Below, one piece after another: positions 48,562 to 57,878 of a stretch of 64,000 nt of DNA. Below the pieces are notes generated by a model. That model worked only from the letters and a program-made list of their open reading frames with translations, made no database searches and was not told the origin of the DNA. Location of the stretch: contig CBFFRP010000297.1 of NCBI GenBank assembly GCA_965644295.1, forward strand, positions 930,001 through 994,000, in the 5' to 3' direction. Made by a program: the position numbers and the translations under genes. How positions within the stretch are numbered: position 1 is the first letter of the stretch; every line of letters starts with the position of its first letter. Source of the DNA: Paraphysomonas bandaiensis. Its lineage: Eukaryota > Protista > Chrysophyceae.

Positions 48562-50136
48562 ATCTATGTGTGTTTTCCAAAATATTGAACCTGATCCTAC
48601 AGTTTGAAAATCATTATATGTATGAATCTCAAAAGTCCAATTATCTGCAACATCTCCCACAGTAAATATGAGGGGTGCTAGAGTACACCCAACACGGCTT
48701 ACACTTCCACGATTTGCGTCCCATATACCTGGACCATAAAGAGTTGCTCTTTCTAGCGTTCCATTTTTCTTAACTAATACACTCCCGCGTATATCTGTCC
48801 ATGATTTAATACCCATAATATCAAAAGAAACCTGTAACATATATCGACCTTTGTACTGAATGTAACCTGATGAATCAATCATATCGGAATCGCCACCTGT
48901 AGGTGTTGTACTTAGCTCCGATGAAGTCATATAGTGTCCTCCACTAGCTGTCTGATATGTGCTGTTATAAGCCATAGATGTGAAGTATGTTACTGGATCA
49001 TCAGTTTCTTCCCAATAACAGTTTTTTTTACTGGTTAGTGCATCTAAATCCGTTCTGTCAGAAGAAGTGAATGCTGTTGTTTGTAGAGTGGCATCTGGAA
49101 ATTCTATTTTTTGATAACAATTGATGTGATCACATCTTATTTCATCAATTGCTCCCCCTCCATCTGCTTTTAACAATGTATTCGTTGGATAAGTCCATTC
49201 ATTAGATGTTCTTGTAATATCATCTAACAAAGAGCTATAAGTAGAACTAAACGCTTTTGTTTGTTCACTAGCATCTGGAAATTCAATTACTCCACTTGTT
49301 CCTGTAACTTCTAATCTGCAACTATTTCCAGTTAATCTTAAAGTACTCCCTGTTCCTGAGACACTATGTAAAGCATATGCTTTATTCAATAACAAATCAC
49401 TTGTTATAGTTAAATCGTCAAAACCTCCACCAACATAAGATAAAGGTGTTATAGTTGATTCAATAGTTGCAATGTCAGATGTATTGGTTGCTATATTTGA
49501 TGTGTTAGTAGATATGTTTGTTGTGTTGGTAGATATGTTTGATGTATTGGTTGCTATATTTGATGTGTTAGTAGATATGTTTGATGTGTTGGTAGATATG
49601 TTTGATGTGTTAGTAGATATGTCAGTGGTATTAGTGGATATATTAGTTTCCGCTGTTGAGAGATCTACATCAATACTAGCAATGTCTGCCGTATTAGTGG
49701 ATATATTAGTTGCATTTGTAGATATGTCAGTGGCATTAGTTGCGATATTAGTTGTATTTGTAGATATATTAATTTCCGCTGTTGAGAGATCTACATCAAT
49801 ACTAGCAATGTCTGCCGTATTAGTGGATATATTAGTTGCATTAGTGGATATATTAGTTGCATTTGTAGTCATTTGAGTTTGTGCGTTTGAAGTGAGTCCA
49901 TCAATATAACTTAGCTCAACATCTGTGATGGTAGTTCCATTTGCGACAATACTAGCCCCTGATTGCATTGTAATATCAGTATCAATAATAATGTTACTTG
50001 TTTCAAGTGTATCTAAATAAATATTATCACTTGTTAGACTGCCAGTTGTTATTTCATCGGCTTTTATTGTTTGTAAACCATTCAAAGACGGTATGTTTAA
50101 TGATGTATAACCATTGTTCATAATATCGTTATACAT
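48547..50136 (-). CDS. Putative fibre/spike (receptor-binding) protein
   Basis: Long NISTNT(S/A) heptad coiled-coil, two IEFPDA(S/T)xQTxAF motifs typical of viral fibres, and a beta-rich C-terminal head. Confidence 0.75.
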   Translation of the reverse strand: MYNDIMNNGYTSLNIPSLNGLQTIKADEITTGSLTSDNIYLDTLETSNIIIDTDITMQSGASIVANGTTITDVELSYIDGLTSNAQTQMTTNATNISTNATNISTNTADIASIDVDLSTAEINISTNTTNIATNATDISTNATNISTNTADIASIDVDLSTAETNISTNTTDISTNTSNISTNTSNISTNTSNIATNTSNISTNTTNISTNTSNIATNTSDIATIESTITPLSYVGGGFDDLTITSDLLLNKAYALHSVSGTGSTLRLTGNSCRLEVTGTSGVIEFPDASEQTKAFSSTYSSLLDDITRTSNEWTYPTNTLLKADGGGAIDEIRCDHINCYQKIEFPDATLQTTAFTSSDRTDLDALTSKKNCYWEETDDPVTYFTSMAYNSTYQTASGGHYMTSSELSTTPTGGDSDMIDSSGYIQYKGRYMLQVSFDIMGIKSWTDIRGSVLVKKNGTLERATLYGPGIWDANRGSVSRVGCTLAPLIFTVGDVADNWTFEIHTYNDFQTVGSGSIFWKTHIDLLQI

Positions 50137-50171
50137 TATAATTAGAAATTTAAAAAGTGTATTTATTTATC

Positions 50172-51587
50172 TCAGAATTGGATGTATGCAATTCCAGATT
50201 CGCATACCATAACGGCGTCATACATAGCATAAGTATCAAATCTAACGGATGGAGTGGTGGCATTAGCATTAAAACTCATGTGCCAGAACACATCATCATT
50301 AGATGTATTATATCCTGAGTAGATAGAATCTTTGTCTGCATTTGAATAAGTTTCAAGATCCATACCAACAATGAAACTTTCGGAACTAGCGTTATCAGTA
50401 ACGTAAGCTTCTGTTTCATCATTAACAACTGGTACATCTACATCATAATCACCTAAATCGATATTAGGTTCATGATTGATATCAGACACACTACCAATAG
50501 CTTTTATAGCTTCAATGAAAAACTCTGGAACAGTTTCTGGAGCCTTAGAAGGAACAACCTTAGAGCCCAATCTCAATGTATACGATGCTAAATTATAATG
50601 ACATGATGACATAGGAAAGTATGTTATAGCACCATCTGCTTTTTCTCTTTGTGTCATAAATAGAGACTTCAAGCTGTTAAATTTAGCTGGCACTGGTATA
50701 CTTACTTGCGTCGATGCGTTTGCCAGTGTTGCATTATATACATAGTTTCTCCATGCTGGCACTACCCACTCTAATCTTCCACCAGGAGCGGAATTATTAA
50801 TAATACTCATTGCTTCACTTCCAAGTTCCATAAATTGAGCAACAAATTCGCAGTTGTTTACTTTAAATGATGACAAAGCGAGTTCAGAACATAAAAACTT
50901 TGATGGAGATGAAACTAATTGAAGTTCTAATCTAAGAGGTGCTGATGTCATTGCAAATAGCGGAATGTATTTGTCAGAGAGAGATCCAACAATTGAGAGC
51001 AAGTTAATGGTGTAAGTTCTAGTAAGAGTATCACCACCCGCCGCGATATCTGCAAACTGTGTAGTCTGTGCGTCATCGATAAGTCTTTCACCTGAGTTAA
51101 TTGTAAAAACTTGGTTGGTTGCCCCTTGAATTTTTGTTAACAATGTACCTGCATCGGCTACTGTTGAATCAGTAACATCACAGTAGCTATCTCTACATAA
51201 GCCTGCCATTACATTAAGTTTTCCCTTTACAGAATCACCTGATTGTTGCAATGACATTAGCGTCCCTACAAGGTTACCGTAGTTATCTATATCTTCAAGA
51301 AGTTGGGATCCGTGATATAGTCTTAGTCTTTGGATGCATCCATGAGCCCCTGCTCTGTCTAATCTTACATATGCATTGGCACCTGCTCCATTAGTTACCG
51401 TCAAATCAAATTTCAAGAGTGATTCGGAACCAGCCATAACCAAATTTTGAGATGTAGGGATATTGATTATAATAGTCTGCCCATCTGTGTAGTTTCCAAC
51501 GCCATTCAAAGGTTGTACGTGAGTGCTAAAGTTGCGTGCGTAAGCGCTCGATCGCTTATTTTCGTATTTTAGATTTCTAGGGATCAT
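50172..51587 (-). CDS. Major capsid protein, double jelly-roll, PLV type
   Basis: 471 aa. QP.NG..Y..GQTIIINIP, IQRLRLYHGSQLLEDIDNYG, IPLFAM..PLRLELQL and FIVGMDLE..SG.NT. Located in a module with the penton and ATPase. Confidence 0.88.
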   Translation of the reverse strand: MIPRNLKYENKRSSAYARNFSTHVQPLNGVGNYTDGQTIIINIPTSQNLVMAGSESLLKFDLTVTNGAGANAYVRLDRAGAHGCIQRLRLYHGSQLLEDIDNYGNLVGTLMSLQQSGDSVKGKLNVMAGLCRDSYCDVTDSTVADAGTLLTKIQGATNQVFTINSGERLIDDAQTTQFADIAAGGDTLTRTYTINLLSIVGSLSDKYIPLFAMTSAPLRLELQLVSSPSKFLCSELALSSFKVNNCEFVAQFMELGSEAMSIINNSAPGGRLEWVVPAWRNYVYNATLANASTQVSIPVPAKFNSLKSLFMTQREKADGAITYFPMSSCHYNLASYTLRLGSKVVPSKAPETVPEFFIEAIKAIGSVSDINHEPNIDLGDYDVDVPVVNDETEAYVTDNASSESFIVGMDLETYSNADKDSIYSGYNTSNDDVFWHMSFNANATTPSVRFDTYAMYDAVMVCESGIAYIQF

Positions 51588-51646
51588 AATAGTTATATAT
51601 TATATGGATAAAATAATTATCTATATAATTTCAAAATAAATGCGTT

Positions 51647-52262
51647 TTACACTGTGTTGTTATTCATGTATTCTATATGTTTTTTGGTTTTAATATGTTT
51701 ATGCATAGAATCTCTTCGCATAACTTGACCACAAGTACAGGTAACTTCTTGAGCACATCGTTTTTCATATGGTTCTTTTTTTATCTTTTCTGGGTTCTTT
51801 TATTCCCTTATGTTTGTTTGTTTTCAGATGTTTGTGAATAGAATCTCTTCGCATTACAAGGCCACAAGTACAGGTAACTTCTTCAGCACGACGTTTATTA
51901 TTGGCGTCCTTTCTGTCCTGTCTTTGATTCCTTATACGTTCGTATTCCTTTTTACTCTCCGCGGTATGAACAACGTTTTTGATTTTATTAACACAATCGT
52001 TATTTTGGATGTAGTACCCTTCTCTTGCATGAAGTTCATCTTTGCTGTCACACGGATAGTTTTCTACTAAATAAATGGCACAGTTGGGTTCATCAAGTAT
52101 TTTAAAGGATGAAATGTAGTGATCTTTTCCTTTTTTGTAACCATTATAGTTGTTGCGATGCTTTGCCAATCTTCTGGCTAATGTAGGCTCACATGTTGAT
52201 CCGTAATATGTTTTACCACCTCCAACAATTTTGTAAATTTTACCTTTCTGATAATCAGGCAT
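51647..52262 (-). CDS. GIY-YIG endonuclease with two C-terminal zinc fingers; the second lies beyond a frameshift in an A7 run (51776-51782)
   Basis: GKIYKI...YYGST...RLAKH...ELHAREGYYI. CTCG..MRRDS.HKH.KT.KH occurs twice. The uninterrupted ORF is 51765-52262. Confidence 0.85.
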
Positions 52263-52329
52263 ATTCTTTTATACTCTAATATATTCTTATATCTTAAAGT
52301 ATTTTAAATTAAAAATTGACTTAAACAAT

Positions 52330-52773
52330 TTAAGCAAATCCATCGCCGGCTTCATCTGCAGTTGCTTGTTCAATCTTTTTCCTTACGTTAAATTTTTCCA
52401 GATCATTAGCGTGTTTGTTGGCATGTTTAAGAGCTTTGTTACTTGCGTTCTTATATTTGTGTAAAGCTTTATCCCCTTTATCAAGCCCTTTTCTAGCACC
52501 ATGCAATCCTTTACTTGCTAAAGCTATACCATCGCCTACTATCGGGACGCTACCAGCACCAGCGTCAACTGCAGCGCCTAATACTGCATCGGCTATATCA
52601 ACGCCCTTTCTTGCGTTGTGTAATACCTTTGAACCACTGTTAACAACTTTACGGTTAATCTTTTGGGCTTTATCAAGAACATCGTGAGTTTTATGTCCTA
52701 ATTGGTGAGCTTTCTTATCTATTTTCCGCCCTAGTTTTCGGGTAGCACGATCAAACTTCTTACCTAGTTTCAT
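52330..52773 (-). CDS. Basic viral protein with a Gly/Ala-rich amphipathic segment (candidate core or membrane-penetration protein)
   Basis: Lys-rich helices around AVLGAAVDAGAGSVPIVGDGIALA, inside the structural module. Confidence 0.55.
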   Translation of the reverse strand: MKLGKKFDRATRKLGRKIDKKAHQLGHKTHDVLDKAQKINRKVVNSGSKVLHNARKGVDIADAVLGAAVDAGAGSVPIVGDGIALASKGLHGARKGLDKGDKALHKYKNASNKALKHANKHANDLEKFNVRKKIEQATADEAGDGFA

Positions 52774-52800
52774 GTATATAATATATACACTATATTTTAA

Positions 52801-53538
52801 TTATTCTATATCAAGCTCCAGAGTTAAAGAAAAATGAATACCATTCAGATCAAGCACATCATCATCTTGATCAGTAAGCTTGATATGTAAATTTGTTAAA
52901 TTGTGTACATTATAGATCATATTACGAACATTGTATATATTTGAGTAACTGATCATACTGTGATGGGAAGAATCTACAGGTATACTACATAATATGTTGC
53001 TTTTATTAGGAGTAGAATTATTTATATTATTGATTTGAAAGTTATCTGATGTAACATACACATTTCTTATTGTAAACAAATTCAATGATATGGTACTTGT
53101 AAGTACTTGTGACGTTGATGAGTAAGTTGTATCATCATCTGAAAACCCTAGAACCTCAAAACAGGTAGAATCTGCTTCAAATGTGAAATCATATGTGCTA
53201 TGTGAAAAGGTTAATTTGTTTGTTTTACTGTTATATGTTATTGTTAAAGCGGGTATGTCGGTTGTAATAGCTGTCATCAAGGTATTAACATTATAATTCC
53301 CTTCCGTAATTGTTACCGTTTGAACTCCACCACCATTGACAGTATACTTTAATGTATTGTTTATTGAACTGATGTTATAAAACGAGTAGGGTATCATAGC
53401 CGTTTGAACTGAACAAAATATCTTTCTATGTTTTGGAATATTGATGACCGGTAAATAAAAAACACAATCAGATGTATTGCCGTTAATATATTTACTCGCA
53501 GTCTTGCTGTTTAAAAAGAGACATATCTTTTCGCTCAT
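52801..53538 (-). CDS. Minor capsid protein (penton)
   Basis: LFLNS...IPYSFYNI...ITEGNY...LGF...IKLTDQ..VLDLNG.HFSLTLEL pattern of PLV/NCLDV pentons. Confidence 0.85.
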   Translation of the reverse strand: MSEKICLFLNSKTASKYINGNTSDCVFYLPVINIPKHRKIFCSVQTAMIPYSFYNISSINNTLKYTVNGGGVQTVTITEGNYNVNTLMTAITTDIPALTITYNSKTNKLTFSHSTYDFTFEADSTCFEVLGFSDDDTTYSSTSQVLTSTISLNLFTIRNVYVTSDNFQINNINNSTPNKSNILCSIPVDSSHHSMISYSNIYNVRNMIYNVHNLTNLHIKLTDQDDDVLDLNGIHFSLTLELDIE

Positions 53539-53881
53539 CTATACTATTACAATCATATATTTTTCTATTCATCAACTCCTCCAATGGGGAATCACTAATA
53601 TTTTCGGCTATAGCTTCTAATACTTGTTGCCAACCAGGAATGTGAAATCCAGTTCCATGAGGCATATTATCTAACACGTGACGTATACCTCGTCTTTTAA
53701 AAGAATCGTTGTAGTGTAACATATCTATATCTATAACGTCATCAAGTCGTTTTGGTCTGATCATATAATCAAGTTCATCAGGTAGTTCCTCCTCTGAGTC
53801 AGATGATAAATAGAATTGTAAATCTTCATCATATTGCAAAGATAATGAATCATTGTCGGAATCGTATTCTTGAATATCCAT
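53492..53881 (-). CDS. Acidic hypothetical viral protein
   Basis: 129-aa ORF with TATATA directly upstream; sits between the ATPase and penton genes. Confidence 0.6.
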   Translation of the reverse strand: MDIQEYDSDNDSLSLQYDEDLQFYLSSDSEEELPDELDYMIRPKRLDDVIDIDMLHYNDSFKRRGIRHVLDNMPHGTGFHIPGWQQVLEAIAENISDSPLEELMNRKIYDCNSIDERKDMSLFKQQDCE

Positions 53882-53906
53882 TTTTATATAATACTATTCT
53901 ATAAAT

Positions 53907-54638
53907 TTAATTATTGTCAATTACCAGAGTGTTAAAGTTTTTAAACATCTTATTTTCAACTGTATCAACATCCAAATGATTATAGTTTTTATCATATACA
54001 TAATCATACAACTCCACAGCATTATCTTTGGTCATGTTTAATAACTCTGATGTTACAACTGTCCACTCTTGTTGATTTTTGGGCTTAAACAATGTCATAT
54101 TAGTTATTTGCTTTCTTAATGTGAGTGGAAATAAATTGTATGATTGCAAGGTAAATACAAACGCAGTATTTAAATGCCTAGCTTTAATAAGCATTCTGTT
54201 TAAATGTTTAATCAAAACATTGTCTTTTAAATGATTTGCATAATCATCAATTATAACTAAATTATATTCTGGAGGTATTCCCTGTTCAATATTGCTCTCT
54301 TTTAAACCTGCAAGCTCATCATATATTATATCTAATAATTCTGGTGTTAATTCATGATACACCTTTCCATGCTCACTAAATGGATGCTTTTCTACGCTAA
54401 GAAAGCTACTTTGTGGTGTAATCAAGTATATGTTATCAAACTTGGATCTATAAAATCGTGATGACTTAAACATTGACAATAATAAGCTAGTTTTTCCTGA
54501 ACCTCCTGACCCTATCAAAGTATATATAAACCCGTTTCTATGTGGTAAGTGTTCATTGATATTAGGTATGTATACATCCATAACCTCTTTGATTGGGGCT
54601 GTATTAGGCAAATCTGATGGTGATTCTGTTATCTTCAT
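53907..54638 (-). CDS. A32-like (FtsK-HerA) genome packaging ATPase
   Basis: Walker A GSGGSGKT, Walker B VIIDD, ARH arginine finger and LQ....P..LR motif. Confidence 0.92.
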   Translation of the reverse strand: MKITESPSDLPNTAPIKEVMDVYIPNINEHLPHRNGFIYTLIGSGGSGKTSLLLSMFKSSRFYRSKFDNIYLITPQSSFLSVEKHPFSEHGKVYHELTPELLDIIYDELAGLKESNIEQGIPPEYNLVIIDDYANHLKDNVLIKHLNRMLIKARHLNTAFVFTLQSYNLFPLTLRKQITNMTLFKPKNQQEWTVVTSELLNMTKDNAVELYDYVYDKNYNHLDVDTVENKMFKNFNTLVIDNN

Positions 54639-54697
54639 ACTATACTATGAGTGAATATATTATTTTACCAAAGATTTTTTTCTTCGATAACTATATA

Positions 54698-55243
54698 ATG
54701 GTAGAACCCGAAGAATATATAGAAGAATCAATCCCCTTGACGAAACCAAAGAGAGTAGTCAAACAACTTCCCACCATACCTGAGGAATCTGTTAGCACAG
54801 CACCCCCTCAGCCCGCTCCTGTTAAGAAAAAGAGAGTTATGACAAAGCCTAAAACACAAGCTCAACTAGAAGCATTTGAAAAGGCAAGACAAAAGAGAGC
54901 AGAGAATGCAGTAAAGAGGAAACAAGAAAAAGAATTACATTATGCAAAACTATTAGCCCAGCATCAATCAGAAAAACAACCGGAACCAGAACAAGTAGTA
55001 TCGAAGCCAGTTCCTAGACGAGCACCCAGACAAAAGATTATTTATGAAGATTCTGAATCTGAATCTGAACCTGAAATTGTGTATGTAAAGAAACCATCTA
55101 AGAGAAAACCGAAAAAGAAAACAATTGTTATTGAATCATCATCAGAATCAGAATCAGATGATGATAGAACTGTATCAATACAAAGGCAACCAGTTATTCA
55201 AAGACAACAGACACCATTTAATTCAGATGACTATTTTGCATAA
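54698..55243 (+). CDS. Basic/acidic low-complexity viral protein (candidate DNA-binding or core protein)
   Basis: ATG at 54698 after TATATA; KKKRVMTKPKTQAQLEAFEKAR motif and SESE tracts. Confidence 0.7.
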   Translation: MVEPEEYIEESIPLTKPKRVVKQLPTIPEESVSTAPPQPAPVKKKRVMTKPKTQAQLEAFEKARQKRAENAVKRKQEKELHYAKLLAQHQSEKQPEPEQVVSKPVPRRAPRQKIIYEDSESESEPEIVYVKKPSKRKPKKKTIVIESSSESESDDDRTVSIQRQPVIQRQQTPFNSDDYFA

Positions 55244-55272
55244 TATTATCTTTCACTAATATATAAATACTA

Positions 55273-56499
55273 ATGAAGGACAAGAAAATCTATTTATCTC
55301 TTGACGACCTACATAAACTTTATGGAATAGCACCCGATTTAATTCTAAAACGAAAAAAAAATAAAAAGAAACGTAAAGCAAAAGGTAAAAAGAAAAGTAA
55401 TTTTGGTACAGGTGTGAATAAACAATTTGGAGGCGGAGGTGTAGGAGGTGTATCAGGTGTTGGTGCAGTAACCAGCTCAACAATTGATAGAAGAGAAATT
55501 GATATTTTGAGAGGACAACTAAATGAAGCTAAAAACAATCCAAAGAATCCCGCCAATGAGGGAGTGTTAAGACTTGAAAATGTACCAGAAGAGTTGAAAG
55601 AGACTTTGAAATTTGCCAAATTGGCTAACGATGGTTACGCATCTGGAAATGTTAAAGTATCTCAAACTTCAGCAGGTAATTTAATAATGGGTCCAACATC
55701 ACAAAAGCAAAAGACAGCACAAAGAAGAAGAGCTATTGACATATCCAGAAACGTAGATCATACCATCAATCCAGCACCACCAATACCATCCAGAAATGAT
55801 TTGATGCACAAGCAACCATTAGAATTAAAATCAGAATCTGATGATAATAAGGTTGAAGAACTAGATGATGATGAAAAAGAAGATGTTGAAGATATACCAT
55901 TTCCTGCAGAACCTAAAACTAAATTAGTTAGGGTTAAAAAAGTAGGAAGAACGGAAGCACAAGAAGAAGCAATAAAAAGATTAGTTCAATTGAATAAAGA
56001 TAAGAAAAGTGAAAGATTGAACAGAGAAGGTATGGCGAGAGAAGACTATGATGCCGATGATGCCGATAAAATGATTAAAGCAACAAAACACTTTGAACAG
56101 AAACATATGCGTCAAGGATTTGATGGTATATTTGTTCATCATGAGCCGATCACCGGACAAATGAATAGAACGAGACGAACACATATGAATATAGAACAGA
56201 AAGATCAAAAAGAAGATAAAGATATGCACAATTTGAAAAAGAAGCATTATGCCTCAACCCACAAAATCAAGCCACCAAGCACACCGGTGCCTAGTCAATA
56301 CTTCATGAAATCTAATCGAATAGGAATAACAAATTCTAACAGTGACAGTAGTGATGAAGATGATACACCTGTTCGTATTCTACATAGCAAGTCGAAACCA
56401 GTAGGGGTTAGTAGAATCGATCCAAAAAGCACACCAGTGTCAAAATTGGAATTTGGTTGGGGGGATTGGAGCAGTGATAATTCTGATGGATTTGTTTAA
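55273..56499 (+). CDS. Hypothetical viral protein, Lys-rich and low-complexity
   Basis: 408-aa ORF with an NLS-like KRKKNKKKRK and an RTEAQEEAIKR motif similar to the one in the preceding gene. Confidence 0.7.
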   Translation: MKDKKIYLSLDDLHKLYGIAPDLILKRKKNKKKRKAKGKKKSNFGTGVNKQFGGGGVGGVSGVGAVTSSTIDRREIDILRGQLNEAKNNPKNPANEGVLRLENVPEELKETLKFAKLANDGYASGNVKVSQTSAGNLIMGPTSQKQKTAQRRRAIDISRNVDHTINPAPPIPSRNDLMHKQPLELKSESDDNKVEELDDDEKEDVEDIPFPAEPKTKLVRVKKVGRTEAQEEAIKRLVQLNKDKKSERLNREGMAREDYDADDADKMIKATKHFEQKHMRQGFDGIFVHHEPITGQMNRTRRTHMNIEQKDQKEDKDMHNLKKKHYASTHKIKPPSTPVPSQYFMKSNRIGITNSNSDSSDEDDTPVRILHSKSKPVGVSRIDPKSTPVSKLEFGWGDWSSDNSDGFV

Positions 56500-56544
56500 A
56501 CACATATATAAAATATTTAAATATTTTGTGTTGCAATTATATAA

Positions 56545-57036
56545 ATGCGAAGAGTAGTTATTAATAACCCAGACACTCGGCCTCTTGGTGTTGAAGAAGT
56601 AGAGCAAGAGGTAAAACGTGAATGTAGTTTCAGACGCAGATCCATCCCAGACAAAAAACTTTTTAATGTTGAATTAAATGGACTCTCAGACAAAATTAAG
56701 GAAATAAAACTTGAAAACCAACAATATGAACTAGTTACAAAGATTCAAGCTGTTCTAGATCTATTTGATCCTGAATCAAATAAATACAATGAGCAAATTC
56801 TCTTGTTTGCTTGCCAATCGGTTGAAAATTTCATTACCAAGCCAAAATCCGGAGATCGAAAGCTTGCTGTTGTAATTGAAGCTGTTAAAAAGTATTTCAA
56901 TGAGGATATTGAATTGATTGCTAAAATGGTGGAAATATTGCTCCCACGAATTAAGAAAATGAATATTGTTAGACGCAATTGGAAACGTGTGGTCCGTTTT
57001 TTTTGCGGTCTGTCGCAGAACGAGCTGTCGATATAG
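56545..57036 (+). CDS. Hypothetical viral protein
   Basis: 163-aa ORF with TATATAAATG start context. Confidence 0.65.
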   Translation: MRRVVINNPDTRPLGVEEVEQEVKRECSFRRRSIPDKKLFNVELNGLSDKIKEIKLENQQYELVTKIQAVLDLFDPESNKYNEQILLFACQSVENFITKPKSGDRKLAVVIEAVKKYFNEDIELIAKMVEILLPRIKKMNIVRRNWKRVVRFFCGLSQNELSI

Positions 57037-57117
57037 CTGTATCAAAAGCTTTTAAAATGTTACTGTTGCCCATGATCCTTGCCATTTTATAATTTTATTG
57101 ATTATTAATATATAATA

Positions 57118-57414
57118 ATGAATAAAGAAAAAGTTAAACATTACCAACGTACATACTACGTAAAGAATAGGGATAAAATGATTTTGAGAAATAGAATATA
57201 TTACCATGAACACCAAGCACAATGTAATGCAACATCAAAGGCTTGGTATAAAAAGAAAGTAAAGGAATTGAAAGAAAGTGGAGAATATATGGATTTTGTG
57301 AAAGAAAGGAATGCAAAGCAAAGAAAAAGTAGGAAAGTTAAGGGGAGAAATAAACAACGGAATAAGGAATGTTATAAAGTAGATGATGATAGCTTTATAA
57401 TAATATTTAATTAA
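57118..57414 (+). CDS. Small basic viral protein
   Basis: 98 aa with YYxKN/YYHEH/WYKK repeats; TATATA upstream. Confidence 0.6.
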   Translation: MNKEKVKHYQRTYYVKNRDKMILRNRIYYHEHQAQCNATSKAWYKKKVKELKESGEYMDFVKERNAKQRKSRKVKGRNKQRNKECYKVDDDSFIIIFN

Positions 57415-57794
57415 AGATTTTTATGTTTGCTTGAACACTTATGTTTAGTTTTTTGAGATTCAGGGAATGATTCTTGACATCCCCAACAGTACATTAATGG
57501 ATCAGTTTCACGAGCAGGGAGCTGATGCTTCAGCGAGTCGTCTTGTTTAGATTTCTTAATGTCTTCTAATTCTTGTTTAATAATTTCTAATTCGGCTACT
57601 ATATCATTGCGTGGTTGCTTTCGTGAAGCTCTTGATTTACATAAATTTGTTGTTTGATGTTTTTTCATGTTTTGATGTGATACCACTTTACCACATAAAG
57701 AGCATTCTTCTTTCTCAAAAAGTTTAGCACATATCTGTTCTTTCTTTGATGCATAGTATTTTTTGTTATACTCCTTTCTTGATTGAGTATCCAT
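57411..57794 (-). CDS. Zinc-finger viral protein
   Basis: CSLCGK...KKHQTTNLC and CWGC...KHKC motifs. Confidence 0.7.
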   Translation of the reverse strand: MDTQSRKEYNKKYYASKKEQICAKLFEKEECSLCGKVVSHQNMKKHQTTNLCKSRASRKQPRNDIVAELEIIKQELEDIKKSKQDDSLKHQLPARETDPLMYCWGCQESFPESQKTKHKCSSKHKNL

Positions 57795-57878
57795 TATGTA
57801 TATACTATTATATATTAATATATTTTTAAGCCATTTTAATTATTATTATTTATATTTTTATATGTAGCTATTATATAT

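Noticed and set aside
52312-52319. Mimivirus-type early promoter AAAATTGA
   Set aside because: The one occurrence I noticed is on the strand opposite the neighbouring genes and is expected by chance in AT-rich DNA.
54617-54697. N-terminal extension of the 208-aa viral ORF
   Set aside because: It overlaps the ATPase start. The ATG at 54698 has the shared TATATA context and is the more likely start.
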